A stretch of DNA of 64,000 bases. Origin: Octopus sinensis (lineage: Eukaryota). The notes below the pieces were generated by a model that searched no databases, was not told where the DNA came from, and saw only the letters and a list, made by a program, of their open reading frames with translations. Positions 62,036-64,000 of this stretch are shown here, piece after piece (position 1 is the first letter of the stretch; every line of letters begins with the position of its first letter). The DNA lies in NCBI RefSeq assembly GCF_006345805.1, contig NC_043017.1, forward strand, positions 23,064,001-23,128,000. Direction: 5' to 3'. The translations under genes and the position numbers were made by a program.

Positions 62036-62744
62036 AACATAAAGCTGGAAAATATTCTTTTTACTCTTGGCACAAGGCCCGAAATTTGGGGGGAGGGGCC
62101 CAGTCGATTAGATCGACCCCAGTACGCAACTGGTACTTAATTTATCGATCCCGAAAGGATGAAAGGTAAAGTCGAGCTCGGCGGAATTTGAACTCAGAAC
62201 ATAAAAACAGACGAAATACCTTAAGCATTTCGCCCGGCATGCTAACGTTTCTTGATTCTTTATTGCCCACTAGGGGCCAACATAGAGGGGACATAGAACA
62301 AATCAAAAAACAAACATATGACAAAGATGAACGATAATATGAAAATGAATAAATGGAATGTAACCACTGAGCCCCACTTCTGGGCGACCTCATTTCTACC
62401 CTTCATCACCTTTTGTACTCCATTCCTTCTAGAATGTCAAACCCATATAGTCCTCGTTAGTTGAAAATCCCGGTAGCTCCTTCCTATCCATTTCTATCTC
62501 TCAACACCTATATCCACTTTTACGTTTCAGTACTCTCTCCAACTATTCTTGCGTAGGTAACACACAACGGTGGGAGAAGGTACATGAAATGGAAAGGAAC
62601 TGGTCTAAATAAATGGTGAACCAAAGCGAAAATCCGACCAAAAAAGGGAGAAAGGTTATCAAATCATTCCAAAGCTATGAACATAGTGACGACGATTGAC
62701 TGTAGATAATTCTATCTTTCAGAAGTCCATTTTCTGTTGTTATA

Positions 62745-63257
62745 TCTATATATATAAAACTGTAGTTGTGTGAGTGTCTGTCCCCTTCGATTTAGATTCC
62801 TAACTACTCCCACATTTTGCGGTGCAGTTTAACCAAAACCGGGTATCTTATAGTCGTGATTCATATCGAGCCCGTCTGAGTATTAGCGCGCGTCTACGAT
62901 GAGTCTACGATTTTAAAAATAATTTAACATAATTTTTTATTCCATTTTAATGCATAATTTTTCGTGTGTCGATGGCGGCGGAGTTGGCGTCCATGGTCAC
63001 ACCTGCACCTGTTTGCTTCTCCCCCTTCTTCCCTCCCTCGTGAAGCTGTGGGGAAGGGAGTGTAAGGAAATCAACGTCGTAAAGCGTTGTCAAGGAGACC
63101 AGCGTTCTTTTAGAACAACGACTTCATGGCTTGAAGACACCAAAACAGAAATGACTAAGAAAGCCCGAATTGGCATCTATAAGGGAAGTAACTCTCTAAA
63201 AATGCTTATATAGTTATTTCCCTTACAAACCCGAGCAACGCCGGGCGATACTGCTAG
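62745..63257 (+). mobile_element. Non-autonomous Helitron, 513 bp
   Basis: A|TCTATATATATAAAA 5' end; 3' hairpin CCCG-agcaacgc-CGGG then CTAG|T; no TSD. Confidence 0.85.
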
Positions 63258-64000
63258 TACAATATAAAAGGAAAATTTACTTATAATTCATTATCGCTAT
63301 CATCTTTATGAGAAATCTCTTAATTTCCTATAAATGGATGTCACAGTCAATCATATAGTTTTCAGTGACGTAGCACAGGTACTCAGTATGTAGTGCTAAA
63401 GTCCATTTTGATACCCCCACCTGAACAGATATGATAGGCCTGAGGTAAAGCAACAAGTTAGTTAACAAGCTTTTATTGGAGCCAATATTTTAGCTCAAAC
63501 AAAACAAAATTGTTTCACTTCTCTCAGTGGCGTAGATAGGGTGTGTGCACCCAGAGTAGTCCTTGAGTTTGTCGTCTCAAAACCCCGGGTCTCCTCGCCC
63601 CCCGACAGCCTATACAACAGATCCTATCTTCATAAAATCGCCCCAAAATTCACACCAAACTACGCTGCTGACCTCTTCTCTTCACAGTTTTTGCATACAT
63701 TGTACATAATATCGTGTCACTAGACAAACAATTATCACATCTTATTTTATCTCACATTGGTTAATGTTTATACATTTTTGAGAATGGTTTGATGAGCCGG
63801 AGGTCATCAACTGAACTTAGGACAGCAGAAAGGTGAAAATTGACACCGAAAGGCCTTCACACCTGAACTCAGTGAGGTGAAACTTCACATTTGTAAAGTT
63901 TCGACTTTCTATGGTCTGTAAAACTGTTTCTCTGTCTCTCGTTGCGCATCACCACGTCCTTTGACTTTCCAGCAAACGGGTCTGGATCATTTTATTAAAC

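Noticed and set aside
63780-63900. Structured ncRNA from several short hairpins
   Set aside because: Stems are only 3-9 bp and match no family I can name; the context is cut by the window edge.

Overview
AT-rich eukaryotic genomic DNA, dense in microsatellites and SINEs; the repeat landscape suggests an octopus/cephalopod (inference). Two spliced genes could be assembled by hand with GT-AG boundaries and consistent phases. (1) A GAPR-1/GLIPR2-like CAP protein on + (3 coding exons, 28127-33558, 183 aa). (2) FAN1 on - (15 coding exons, 56239-34067, ~1001 aa), with a 1-nt deletion in exon 2. Their stop codons face each other ~510 bp apart. An unidentified terminal coding exon lies at 7252-7542 (+). 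The rest is mobile DNA: several tRNA-derived SINE families (some with perfect 16-20 bp TSDs), RTE and CR1-type LINE remnants, a deleted mariner, hAT/piggyBac/pogo/Merlin-type MITEs, two non-autonomous Helitrons and foldback elements. The most striking observation is a perfect 202-bp inverted repeat at 61552-61990, set between (TA)n tracts. Each arm encodes a complete type I hammerhead ribozyme (CUGAAGA core, long stem II, palindromic loop III, GUA site, overlapping AATAAA), one per strand. Further decayed hammerhead-like motifs occur at 16.6 kb and 3.4/6.3 kb. All calls are manual; no database search was run.
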